The notes beneath the pieces are model-generated. The model did no database searches and was not told the DNA's origin. It saw only the letters and a program-made list of their open reading frames with translations. 64,000 nt of DNA from Nymphaea colorata. Taxonomy: Eukaryota. Location: assembly GCF_008831285.2 (NCBI RefSeq), contig NC_045138.2, positions 2,914,001 to 2,978,000 on the forward strand, given 5' to 3'. Every line of letters starts with the position of its first letter. The stretch's first letter is position 1. This document shows, piece by piece, positions 26,579 to 37,599 of this stretch. Position numbers and translations under genes: made by a program.

Positions 26579-26801
26579 GGTTGTGTTTGGTCGGAGGTTA
26601 TTAAAAGACATGTTTTTAGAGATCTTCAATTTAAAACTGAGGATCTTAATAGCATGAACTTCAAATTCATGCTACATGTTAAAAACCATGAATTTAAGAT
26701 CGGATTTGTGGGAAGATGTCCGATCTTAAATCCATGGATTTGAGATATTTGAGTTTTCAGATCACCATGGATCTTAGATCTACGTTGAACCAAACACGAC
26801 C
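26579..26801. mobile_element. Tourist/PIF-like MITE
   Basis: TIR GGTTGTGTTTGGT/ACCAAACACGACC flanked by TTA/TAA. A related partial copy lies at about 27108-27240. Confidence 0.7.
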
Positions 26802-28159
26802 TAAAGGGAAAAAAACAAGATCTATGCTACATGTTTTAGTCTTACGCGTTCAATTCTGCACTTATGGTCTCAAGAATGCACTCTCCCATGCTTTAGTCTT
26901 GTTTTTTTTCTTGATCGATTTCAGGTTTGCACTTATTGTCTTAAGAATGCAGTTCTATTGCTAGTGCACATTTTCTTCTTTGCAAGTTCCATTCCGTGAA
27001 CCTATGTCTTCTCCTTTATGTGGGCAGGCTTAAATTTACAAGATGGTGATGCCTTGGCAAACCAATGTAGTAAAATAAAAGCAGCCCAAGAGGCACAATC
27101 TCAGCAGCATGGATTAAAGATCCTTGCTACAAATTAAAAACCATGGATTTAAGGTGTGACGGAAGGAGATCCGATCTTAAATCTATGGATTTGAGATCCT
27201 AACCACGGACCTGAGATTGAATGTGGAACAAACACAACCTCATTTATAATAGATCATACCTAAGATCTGAGGTAAACAAGCACTGCCAACTTTTTAAACT
27301 CCTCATCATCACAAAGTTCAGACTCCGAACTACGCAAGTGAATGGATCTCTTGCTGCTTTTGTTTTTTATTTGGAAATTAAAGAAAAAAACCTCGATGTT
27401 AAATTTACAGGATGTTGATTTCCTGGGGCATAAAATAACACTATCTTAGAGCAATGAATAACCATACTTTATCCATTTCTTTTTTATTTGTTCTCCTTTC
27501 CATATAATTTGTAGCTTCTGTCTTTCTTTGACTCCTTATTGGAAGAAATGAGAACAACATAGACAAATGCAACCTGGCTAGTTGGTTTCTAAGGATGCCA
27601 ATAGATCGGGTTGGATAAAAAATCTGATATGAGTTCATTTTGTCATGGTTTTTGAGATTAAATGCGAGGGCTTCATAAACTTAGCTAGGTGAATTAACTT
27701 AAAGCCTCTTTGTTGTAGTTCAGACCCCTTTGATCGAAGCAAAACTGAGTGCCAAGAAGTAATAGACAATCTTATATTAACAGGCTACACTTAAGAGGGT
27801 ACAGTGGGCATTTGGACCCGAACACCCACCTTCGTGTTTGACCCCTCACCTAGCAGTCTAGGATCTACCAATTTCACTAAACCAATTGGATAAGGCATAC
27901 AAACCAGATCCATCAAAATTAATCATTAAAGTATTTTGACAATCTAACCTTATAGATATGGTCTTCAGAGTGATTTACCGAGGAACATTTATTAAGGTAA
28001 TCATTTTTTTATTTTGTTAATGTTCTTTAGTAATTGAAAAATGAGGGGCTCTTCTCACATCAAAATTTTGATAGTATTTTTTTGTAAAAATAAATTTAAT
28101 TAAATGATTCAAATTAAATTAGGGTTTACAAGCATATTAGAAATGGTAAGCAGTTAAAT

Positions 28160-28262
28160 ATATCAATACCGGTGCCATAAAGAACACATAGTTTTACATT
28201 TGTTCTAAACGGTTCACTTAGGTGTGTTCATCTGATTGATTTATGGTCACCGGTATTGATAT
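28160..28262. mobile_element. Small MITE-like fold-back
   Basis: ATATCAATACCGGTGCCATAA pairs with TTATGGTCACCGGTATTGATAT. Confidence 0.55.
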
Positions 28263-28376
28263 TTGGCTTCGGTACGTAATAAACAATATATATATATACA
28301 TATATCTCCTCATTCAATCTATATTTAAATATTAATGCCTAACATTAAAAAGTGAAATAGAAAACAATTAAGATAT

Positions 28377-28378
<2 letters not shown>

Positions 28379-28467
<89 letters not shown>
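28379..28467. repeat. (TA)n microsatellite
   Basis: Seen directly in the sequence. Confidence 0.98.
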
Positions 28468-28471
<4 letters not shown>

Positions 28472-28795
28472 ATTTTTTTTATTTTTTATTTTTAGGTTCC
28501 ACTAGTTTTAAACTAATGAGAATGGTCGCTGTGAGGACAAAATTAGAAAATTTGTATGAGCGGGGAAATTATGAAGCGATAGAGTGTAAGAGGAAAGTGA
28601 AGGTAAATGAAAATTAGAATAAAATAACAATTTATTCGGGTTTTTTGAACTGCTAGTGACATTTCGGGCGTTCTTTTTTAGGGCTTTCAGGGAGAATTCC
28701 GTTTCTGGTACTGATTTATTAAGTGCGGAAGAAGATTTGTGGTTTCTAAACACGAGTTGGTGAAGATAGGGTGGAAACCAAATTGTCCTATCGAG

Positions 28796-28990
28796 CCGGG
28801 GCGGAGTCAAGATTTCTTTTAGGGACGGGCCAAATAATCCAACATCAAATTTGGGTAGGGCCAAACTGAACCAAGTAAAAAAAATACATTGAACAACTAA
28901 AAATTTTTTATTTTTCTATTGTAAATTTTTTTTTCCAGCTAGTTCGGGGCTGGCCACGGCCTAGGCGGGCGCCCCCTCCCTCAGCCCCTG
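28796..28990. mobile_element. Small hAT-like MITE
   Basis: Ends CCGGGGCGGAG/CTCAGCCCCTG with near-TSD CTATCGAG/CTACGAGT. Confidence 0.5.
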
Positions 28991-30274
28991 CTACGAGTGA
29001 AGTGCAATGAGCAAAAACAAAGGAGATGGCAACTGTAATCGATGCACTTGCGGAAGACGATCTCGTAGTGCTAACAATTGTGTTGAGCTTACGTGACTGA
29101 GTTCAAGTTGAGCCTCAGTTGGCTTGACTCATTAAACACCCCTCCTCTCTATTGGTAGGGAAAGTTTCAAGAGAAAGAGCTCGGGCCAATGCTGCAAAAT
29201 GTAACTGCAGCCCAGACCTGCCTGACTGCCCACAACCAGTGCCCAAGGCTCTACATGGAACACTTTTAGATTATTTTATAACTAATTTACAACTCATTTT
29301 AAGGTTTTTGGTCCTCAAATGCTTCAATTTTCCTTAATTTTGATCAACTTTTCATCCTATTCAATCGTTAATTGTATTTGTGACTCATTTGGAACTAATT
29401 TCATATTCTGGACCCAAATTGCATCCCAATTTCGACTTATTTTAGATATACATTCACTTCAAAAACTCATATTGTGACCTCAAATCCCAGTTCCTGATCC
29501 AAAACCAAGTTCATCAGATTCAAAAACAAGTTCAGGTTCAGATCTGCATCCAACTCATGGCTGTAGATCAAAAAAAGATATGTAGATCGATATCCAAAAT
29601 CAAATCCCAGTTACAGATCCAAAAAAAATTTAAAGTTAGATCCATATCCAAAACCAGTCTTAATCCAAATTCAGATCCAACCCGAGCTCTATATCTAGAT
29701 CCATATCCAAATTCCAACTTTAGATCCAAAACAAGCCTTAGATCTGACCCCTATTTAAGTATGCACTCACTCCGCTCAGTATCCGACCGGACCTTGCCGG
29801 AAAACCTGCCGGCGACGCTTTCATGAGAAGGAAACTAGTTCACGAGAGTCGAGGGTGCACCGATGGATCGGGGCGACGCCGGAGAGGGAGACTGCTCGTC
29901 AGGGGCGAACAATGACACCCTGGCCGGCACCGCTATTGATATATGACGTAACGTGTAGTTTAGGGGTCACGTTAAACTCCACAAACGTGACGTCTCTTCC
30001 TCTCTATCCACAAATGCTGTAGTTTAGCGGTCGCGACTTCTTTCCCGGCTCCCGGATCTCTGACACCCACTTCCCCCGCCGGACGCCCCGGTTGTTCATA
30101 CTTGACGACCTCGATCGACTCTCAATTCATCTCTTTGTATCTTCCTAACTTCAAGGCCCATATGATCTCTGTATCTATAGTTAGGAAGATACAAGTAGGC
30201 CGTATGGGCCTTGAAGTTAGGAAGATACAGAGAGATGAATTGAGAGTCGATTGAGGTCGTCAAGTATGAACAAC

Positions 30275-30334
30275 CGGGGCGTCCGGCGGGGGAAGTGGGT
30301 GTCAGAGATCCGGGAGCCGGGAAAGAAGTCGCGA
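30275..30334 (+). pseudogene. AP2/ERF domain N-terminal fragment (ERF021/ERF022-like); mirror copy at 30031-30090 on the minus strand
   Basis: Reads [20 protein letters not shown], against the AP2 motif [28 protein letters not shown], with a 9-nt deletion. Confidence 0.85.
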
Positions 30335-30834
30335 CCCCTAAACTACAGCATTTGTGGATAGAGAGGAAGAGTCGTCACGTTTGTGGAGTTTAACGTGACC
30401 CCTAACCTACACGTTACGTCATATATCAATACCGGTGCCGGCCAGGGTGTCATTGTTCGCCCCTGACGAGTGTTAAAGAAAGGGGGAAACCAGAGAAGCG
30501 ATAAAACAGAGCATAACAGAGACATTTACGTGGTTCGGCATTTAGCCTACATCCACGAGAGAAAAGGAGGCACTCTTCTACTTCATTCTTTGATTATTAT
30601 TTACAGCAGGCATTCAGTTCCTTATATAGTTTTTGGATACATGGGATTAAGATAGAAACAGTTTCACGAGAGATTTACGAGAATCCTTCAGCAAGATTGA
30701 TTGCAAAAATCTTGGAGATGATTGATACATGAGGATCTGTATCCTATCTCTTCTCAAAGATAACGGATCATGATCTTCTTTCTATGGAAGTTGCAGAATC
30801 CCTCCTTATCTCTATGCCACGAACAGTCTCCCCC

Positions 30835-33800
30835 TCAAGTTGGTGAGCAGATATCGATCTGCCCCAACTTGCACACAATGTATGTATGACGATCTCTTCC
30901 AAGAGACTTTGTAAAGATGTCGGCAAGTTGAAATTCACTTCTGACGTGAGGTGTTTGAATGGTTCCATCTTGTATTTTTTCTCTAATGAAGTGGCAATCA
31001 ACTTCGATATGTTTAGTTCGTTCGTGAAAGACAGGATTTGCTCCAATGTAGATTGCTGCCATGTTGTCGCACATCAACTTCATAGAATCCTTTATTTCAA
31101 TTTTCATATCTTTCAGTAATGCTTTTATCCATATCAACTCGCATGTGCATGACGCCATAGCCCTGTATTCTACCTCTGCACTCGATCGAGCCACAACTGA
31201 TTGTTTTTTGCTTTTCCAAGTTACTAGATTTCCTCCAACAAAAGTACAGAACCCTGACATAGACTTTCGGTTATTTGGATCACCTGCCCAGTCGGCGTTA
31301 CAGTATCCAATTATATCTATTTTCTGATCTCGTTTCAACAAGACCCCTTGTCCTGGCGTTCCTTTTAAGTACCTCAAGATTCTGTGAGCAGCTTCGACGT
31401 GTTTTGACGTCGGATTGTGCATAAATTGACTTATGAGACTGACAGCATAAGTGATATCTGGTCGAGTGACAGTCAAATATATGAGCTTCCCAACTAATTT
31501 TTGAAAACTTTGAATGTTTTCAACCTCTTCTCCTTCTTCTTTCTTCAATTTACAGTTCATTTCAAGAGGAGTGTCTGCAACCTTGGTGCCCAAGCACCCG
31601 GTTTCCTTTAAAAGGTCAAGGGTATATTTTCTTTGGCATATGAAAACTCCACGTTCGGAATGCGCCACTTCCATACCCAAGAAATACCATAGGATCCCAA
31701 GATCTTTGATCTCAAATTGCTGATTGAGGTAAACTTTGACTTGCGCCATGAACTCATTGTCATCACCTGTCAATATGATGTCATCTACATATACAAGTAA
31801 AATAGTTATCTTTGAAGACCGGATAGCCACGAACATTGTATAGTCAGCATTGCTTCGCTTAAAACCAAGTTTAATCAATGCTTCACTTAGGCGAGAAAAC
31901 CACGCTCGGGGGGATTGTTTAAGGCCATAAAGAGCCTTTTTTAGTTTGCACACATACCCTTTCTCATGTTTTATGCCTTGAGGAATTTCCATGTACACTT
32001 CTTCATTGAGTTCTCCATGAAGGAAGGCATTCTTGATGTCAAGTTGGGCTATTTTCCACCGCTTAATTGATGCTACTGACAGAAGAATCCTTACTGTATT
32101 CATCTTGGCGACTGGAGCAAAGGTTTCATTATAATCTATTCCCTCTGTTTGAGTGAAGCCTTTAGCAACAAGACGAGCTTTGTATCGTTCGATGGTTCCA
32201 TCACTGTGGTATTTTATCTTATATACCCACTTACATCCGACGACTTTCTTCCCTTTGGGTAGCGGAACTAAAAACCAAGTTTGGTTTTTCTTCAAAGCTG
32301 AAAGTTCTTCTTGCATAGCTATCTGCCAGTTTGAACTTTTTCTTGCTTCCTCATAGTTTTTTGGTTCACAGTGGAAATAGGTATTGAGTACATATGACTT
32401 GTAGGGTTTAGATAAGGTATCAAAGGTAATGTAATCATCTATAGAGTGATTGTGTTGGGTTGATAAGTAGGTATAGAAATCTTTGAGTTTTGATGGTGGC
32501 CTAGGAGGATGGGTTGATCTTCTAAGGATTGGTTCAATCATTTGACTTGGTTCAATGGTTTGGTCTAGAGGGTTACTATCTTGGTTTTGATGGTTACTAT
32601 CTTGGTTTTCTATAAAGGGCTGTGCACTTAAAGAGGAAGGTTCGCTAGGGTACTGGTTTTTGGTTTTGGTTTTGGTATTTTGGAACACATCAACAAGAGG
32701 AAGAGATAGAGAAGCAGTAGTAGTACCAGCAGTAGGATCGTCCATGGAACATTGAGGACCAAGAGAAGCAGTAGTAGTACCAGCAGTAGGATCGTCCATG
32801 GAACATTGAGTCTCCCCCTGACTCGGTGCCTCATAGAATGGTTCATTCTCAAAAAATTTTACATCCCGAGTCACAAAGAACTTTCTTGATCTTGGATCAA
32901 AACATTTTCAACCCTTTTTTTTGCTTGAGTATCCAAGAAAGACACATTTCAAAGCACGTTTTTCAAGTTTGTTCCGGAATCTCTCTTGTATGTGCACAAA
33001 ACATTTGCACCCAAAAATTCTTAAGTGCCTAATAGAAATCGTTTTTTGAATCAAAACTTCAAGAGGAACTTGATTTTCAATACTAGAACTTGGCACTCTA
33101 TTAGCAATATAACATGTTGTACCTACTGCTTCAGCCCAAAAACTCTGAGGGACGTTCATATGGATCATAAGAGCACGAGCAATGGTAAGAAGTTGTCTAT
33201 TTTTCCTTTCTGAAACTCCATTTTGTTGGGGAGTGCCAGAGCACGTAAGTTGTGGTTGTATTCCCTTTTTGTTCATAAAGTCTTCAAATTGTTGGTTCAC
33301 ATATTTCCCCCCATTATCAGGCCGGAGTTTCTTAATTTTTGCTCCATACTGAGTGTATACCAAATTGTAGTAATCTTGAAAAATCTTAACAACTTCACTT
33401 TTATTTCTAAGGAAAAAAATCCATGACATACGAGATTTATCTTCAATGAAAGACACATAGTACCTGTATCCCGTATATGATTCTACTGGGGCTGGTCCCC
33501 ACACGTCAGAGTGCACCAGTTCAAAGAAATCTGTGGATCATTCAGTGGACGGTTGAAAAGGCAACCTAGTCGACTTTGAAAATTCGCAAGCATCACAAGA
33601 GTGTCCATCTGCGTCAATATTAGGAACCCGCATCTTCAAGTTCTTATCCGAAATATGCCCAAGTCGTGCATGCCACATTTGATATTCTTGCTTCCTCTTT
33701 TCGCTACGTGTATGTACGAAGAAACTTGCACCTGGAGTTTCCATTATGTATAGCCCATTTTGCTCCCGTCCTCTACCAATCTCCTTCTTCGTTACCAGAT

Positions 33801-35109
33801 CCTGGAATATCACATTCTTGGGAGAGAAAATGGCCATACAGTTATAAGTCTTGGTCAGTTTGCTTACTGACATCAAACTAGTAGAGAGATTAGGCACATA
33901 AAGAACTACAGATGATTTGTTTTCAAAGAATGAAAATTTTCCAGTTCCATTAACATTGATATGTGATCCGTCGGCTGAGAAAACATGTTTTTTGTTCATA
34001 TTATCTATAGCAGTCAACCTGGATGAATCATTAGTCATATGATCGGTTGCACCAGTATCAATGACCCAAATAGGATTGCTTGAATGAGTAAGAAAAGCAA
34101 GATTGTTACCTTCAGTGGAATTACCAACAGGCTGAGAAGAAACGAGATTTGTCTTAGAGAATTTTTGAAAAAATTTCTCTAAATCATCTTTTGTGACAAG
34201 ATCTGCTTGGGAAGGTGACATTTTCTCCCTTACCGGTTTGCCGACGAGCTCCCAACATTTTTCTCGACGATGCCCAATTTTCTTACAATACGTGCACTTG
34301 AGTCTACTGCGGTTTCGTTGGAAGTTGCTTTCATCGTTCTGGTTTTGTGAATCAGTCTTCCGAGTACTTGATTTAAACCGAGCAAGACACGCCATCTTTT
34401 CATTATTCTCTTCATATAACTCTGTTTTTGATGTGGGGTTCATGACCTTTCTTCTAGTATCCTCTCTTTGAATCGTTTGGCATACTTGATTAAAATTTGG
34501 TAAGGGCGTGGTCATCAGAATCTGGCTGCGAAGACTCTCATAATCAGGTCCTAGACCAGCAAGCACTTTAAAAATTTTGTCTTCCTCAAAACGTTTTTGA
34601 TAGATGTCTGCATCTGCAGTAGCCGGCCTGTATTGCGCAAGTTCATCATATAAGCTGCGAAGTTTGTTTAAATACAAACTGGTTTGCTTGCTGTCTTTGG
34701 TGAGGTTGGCGATATCAAGCTGAAGTTGATACACTCGAGCAAGATTATTTTGCTCACTATACATCTCCTTCAATGTATCTCATATTTCCTTTGTGGTTTC
34801 CTTATACAAAAATAGGCTGGAGATGTGAGGTTCCATGGAATTCATAAGCCACGCCATTACCATGTTATTTTCAGATTCCCAAACTTCATAGTTGGAATCG
34901 TTCTTTGGTGGAGGTGAGATTCTTCCAGTGATATATCCCACTTTACATCGTCCGCTTAGGAAGAGGCGAGCAGCTTTAGCCCAACTGAGATAATTTGTGT
35001 CGTTGAGGAGAATAGAGGTGATCTTGAGCGTCCCATGGCTTTGATCGTTTCCTCCTTTCAGATTGTTGGGGCTGCTGCAGCTGGTTTGATTGCTGAGAGT
35101 ATCAGCCAT
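30835..35109 (-). pseudogene. Copia gag-pol polyprotein in a single frame with three premature TGA stops
   Basis: ORF pieces 35109-34780, 34773-33538, 33516-32908 and 32874-30835 share one frame. Motifs: CTYCKKIGHRREKC zinc knuckle, WVIDTGA, HSDVWGP, LLVYVDD, ADIFTK. Confidence 0.95.
32708..32810. repeat. 54-bp in-frame tandem duplication in the INT-RT linker
   Basis: QCSMDDPTAGTTTASL occurs twice. Confidence 0.95.
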
Positions 35110-36297
35110 GGTAAAATAAAATTGTAAAAAAAAACAATTTTATATCAGAAGGTGAAGCCGCGGTGACGACTGGTTTGAGGTCTGAGTCGACACCAGCAAG
35201 CTTCTTCCACCAGGATCAGGTATGTCCTCCTTCTTGTTCTGCTCTTTGCCGAGAAACAGAAACGGCGTCGTCAGTGAACAGTAGAGAATGATAGAAACGG
35301 ATCACCGTCAGAAGCAAGGGAAGCAACTGACTAGTGATAAAGTCCAAAAAACCCCAAAAATTTGAGGAGGTGGTGGTGGAGATTCTTCGTCGGTTGTATC
35401 AGACAGCTTCCCAAAAAATTCAAAGATTCCTTCAGAGGTCTCCAAGGAATCTGAGATTGTACGGGAAATCAAACAAACTAGATAGACTCCTGCTTGACGA
35501 CAGGAATCACCAAGGAAAAACGGCACCACAGGTTGCTCCGTCGGTGCCTTCTTCTGTCCTCCGGCAGCAGCTCAATCGTCCACCACTCTTGCAGGAATCA
35601 ACTTCAAGAGCTCATATAAACCTGCTCTGATACCATGTTAAAGAAAGGGGGAAACCAGAGAAGCGATAAAACAGAGCATAACAGAGACATTTACGTGGTT
35701 CGGCATTTAGCCTACATCCACGAGAGAAAAGGAGGCACTCTTCTACTTCATTCTTTGATGATTATTTACAGCAGGCATTCAGTTCCTTATATAGTTTTTG
35801 GATACATGGGATTAAGATAGAAACAGTTTCACGAGAGATTTACGAGAATCCTTCAGCAAGATTGATTGCAAAAATCTTGGAGATGATTGATACATCAGGA
35901 TCTGTATCCTATCTCTTCCCAAAGATAACGGATCATGATCTTCTTTCTATGGAAGTTGCAGAATCCCTCCTTATCTCTATGCCACGAACAACGAGCAGTC
36001 TCCCTCTCCGGCGTCGCCCCGATCCATCGGTGCACCCTCGACTCTTGTGAACTAGTTTCCTTCTCCTGAAAGCGTCGCCGGCGGGTTTTCCGGCAAGTTT
36101 CGGTCGGATACTGCGCGGAGTGAGTGCATACTTAAATAGGGGTCTGATCTAAGGCTTGTTTTGGATCTAAAGTTGGAATTTGGATATGGATCTAGATATA
36201 GAGCTCGGGTTGGATCTGAACTTGGATTAAGAATGGTTTTGGATATAGAACTCAAATTTGGATTAAGAGCTCGGGTTGGATCTGAATTTGGATTATC

Positions 36298-37130
36298 CCA
36301 ACCATGTTGCCGTCCGTGCACCTCCAAACTATATGTTGAGTCTGTTGTTCCCCACATTTATGTAATCTAGTGTGAGTGTATAGAAAGTGCCTTGAGCTGC
36401 ATTTGCTTCCATTGGCACCTGTTGAACCTCTTGGGTTCTGAAGAACTCTACCTCCTCACAGAATTTGATCTACTCAATGACATTATTTTTCTTGCTATGG
36501 GGAGGAAAACAGAAAGCAAATTTATGGTTAATAAAGAAGCCGTTGTGACTAACAAGTGAAAGAGATCCTGGCCTGAGGCCAACAAGACTAGGATGTACAA
36601 GATTTTCGAAATCAACACTATTTTCTTTATGAACGTGACCAAAGGCGATTGTCGGAAGCTTGATGGTGCCATCAGTGCCAACCTCAAACCAAAATCTTTC
36701 GAGAGCAAGGGACCCTTCTACAACAGATCCATCACCATATCAGGACTTGACGCTACGAAGTTGGTTGTCTTCACAAGCGGACCAGAAGCTAGTGGTGCAT
36801 CTCAGGTTATGGTATGTGGAAGACTGAAGTGGCTTTAATGTCGACTTCATTTGGTAGGTAAAGTTGTAGTAAAGAACACACAATGCCCATTTGAGGTTGC
36901 TGCCAGTATCGATGATGACCCAGTAAGATTGGACTTCTAGTGATGTACTAATGTAAAGCTGCATGAGAAACTCTCTATATATAGATGTATCAATGTCTTC
37001 TTTTTATAGCACATGAAGGTGCTGCTTCGATAAGTCGAAACAACTGCCTACCAGCCTATTCTCTCATAGATTTAAGAAGATAGGTTGCATGGTGGGATTT
37101 GAGAAGAAATAGTTGGACATACGGCCAACT
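36298..37130 (-). pseudogene. CDR1-like (A1 family) aspartic protease pseudogene, 3'-truncated
   Basis: Reads IIDTGSNLKW, LQSSTYHNLRC, YGDGSVVEGSLALERFWF, PTIAFG, LVGLRPGSLSLVS, KFAFC and FYTLTLDYINVG. It has several stops and ends before the second catalytic DSG motif. Confidence 0.85.
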
Positions 37131-37599
37131 TTCTTTCCTAAAATTTTTGTCTTGTCATACAGGTGGAAGTTTTCCAAAACATTTCAACCACGTTTGATTG
37201 CAGGATGTGAACATGTGTCGGCAGTTTCACCTGTTTAGCAGACCCCAACACATTTCACAAGTTAACCAGATAGTCCTCCTGAACTCAATTAAACATGAAA
37301 ACAAAGACATAATCGTAGCAATTGAATCTTCAAAGGACCCTTAGATAGCTGGACACAAGTTTCAATCAATTTTTGTTACTATTCACAGTATAGAGTTGCC
37401 AGATCAACTCGTTTCTAAACTTTTTATGACACAAGTTTGCATTTCTTTCTTACTTTTCATGGATCGAGTTCCGCCGTGATAACCCAAACGAACGTTTCTA
37501 GGATCAATGGGCTTTAGTTCTAAACTTCTAAGTTACCGGGGCATTTCCTTGAAATATGGAATTTGCCAGATATTTCCAGACTTTAGCGGTCAGGCACTG

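Larger units (their letters stand above)
30471..35990 (-). mobile_element. Full-length young Ty1/copia LTR retrotransposon
   Basis: LTRs 30471-30825 and 35636-35990 (355 bp, 3 differences, TG..CA); TSD ACGAG at 30466-30470 and 35991-35995; PBS TGGTATCAGAGC at 35624-35635; PPT GAGGGGGAGAC next to the 3' LTR; domain order gag-PR-INT-RT-RH. Confidence 0.98.
29644..36246. repeat. Long inverted duplication (hairpin): left arm 29644-30164, loop 30165-30200, right arm 30201-30470 plus 35996-36246 (split by a copia insertion)
   Basis: 521-bp arms with 16 mismatches and no indels by manual alignment. Confidence 0.97.

Noticed and set aside
29490..29745. AGATCCA-rich short repeats with CRISPR-like periodicity
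   Set aside because: Irregular degenerate repeats without unique spacers, in eukaryotic DNA with no cas genes.
30824..30836. CAGTCTCCC at the LTR/PPT junction resembling the target flank at 35996
   Set aside because: A short match. The canonical 5-bp TSD shows normal integrase-mediated insertion, so it is probably chance.
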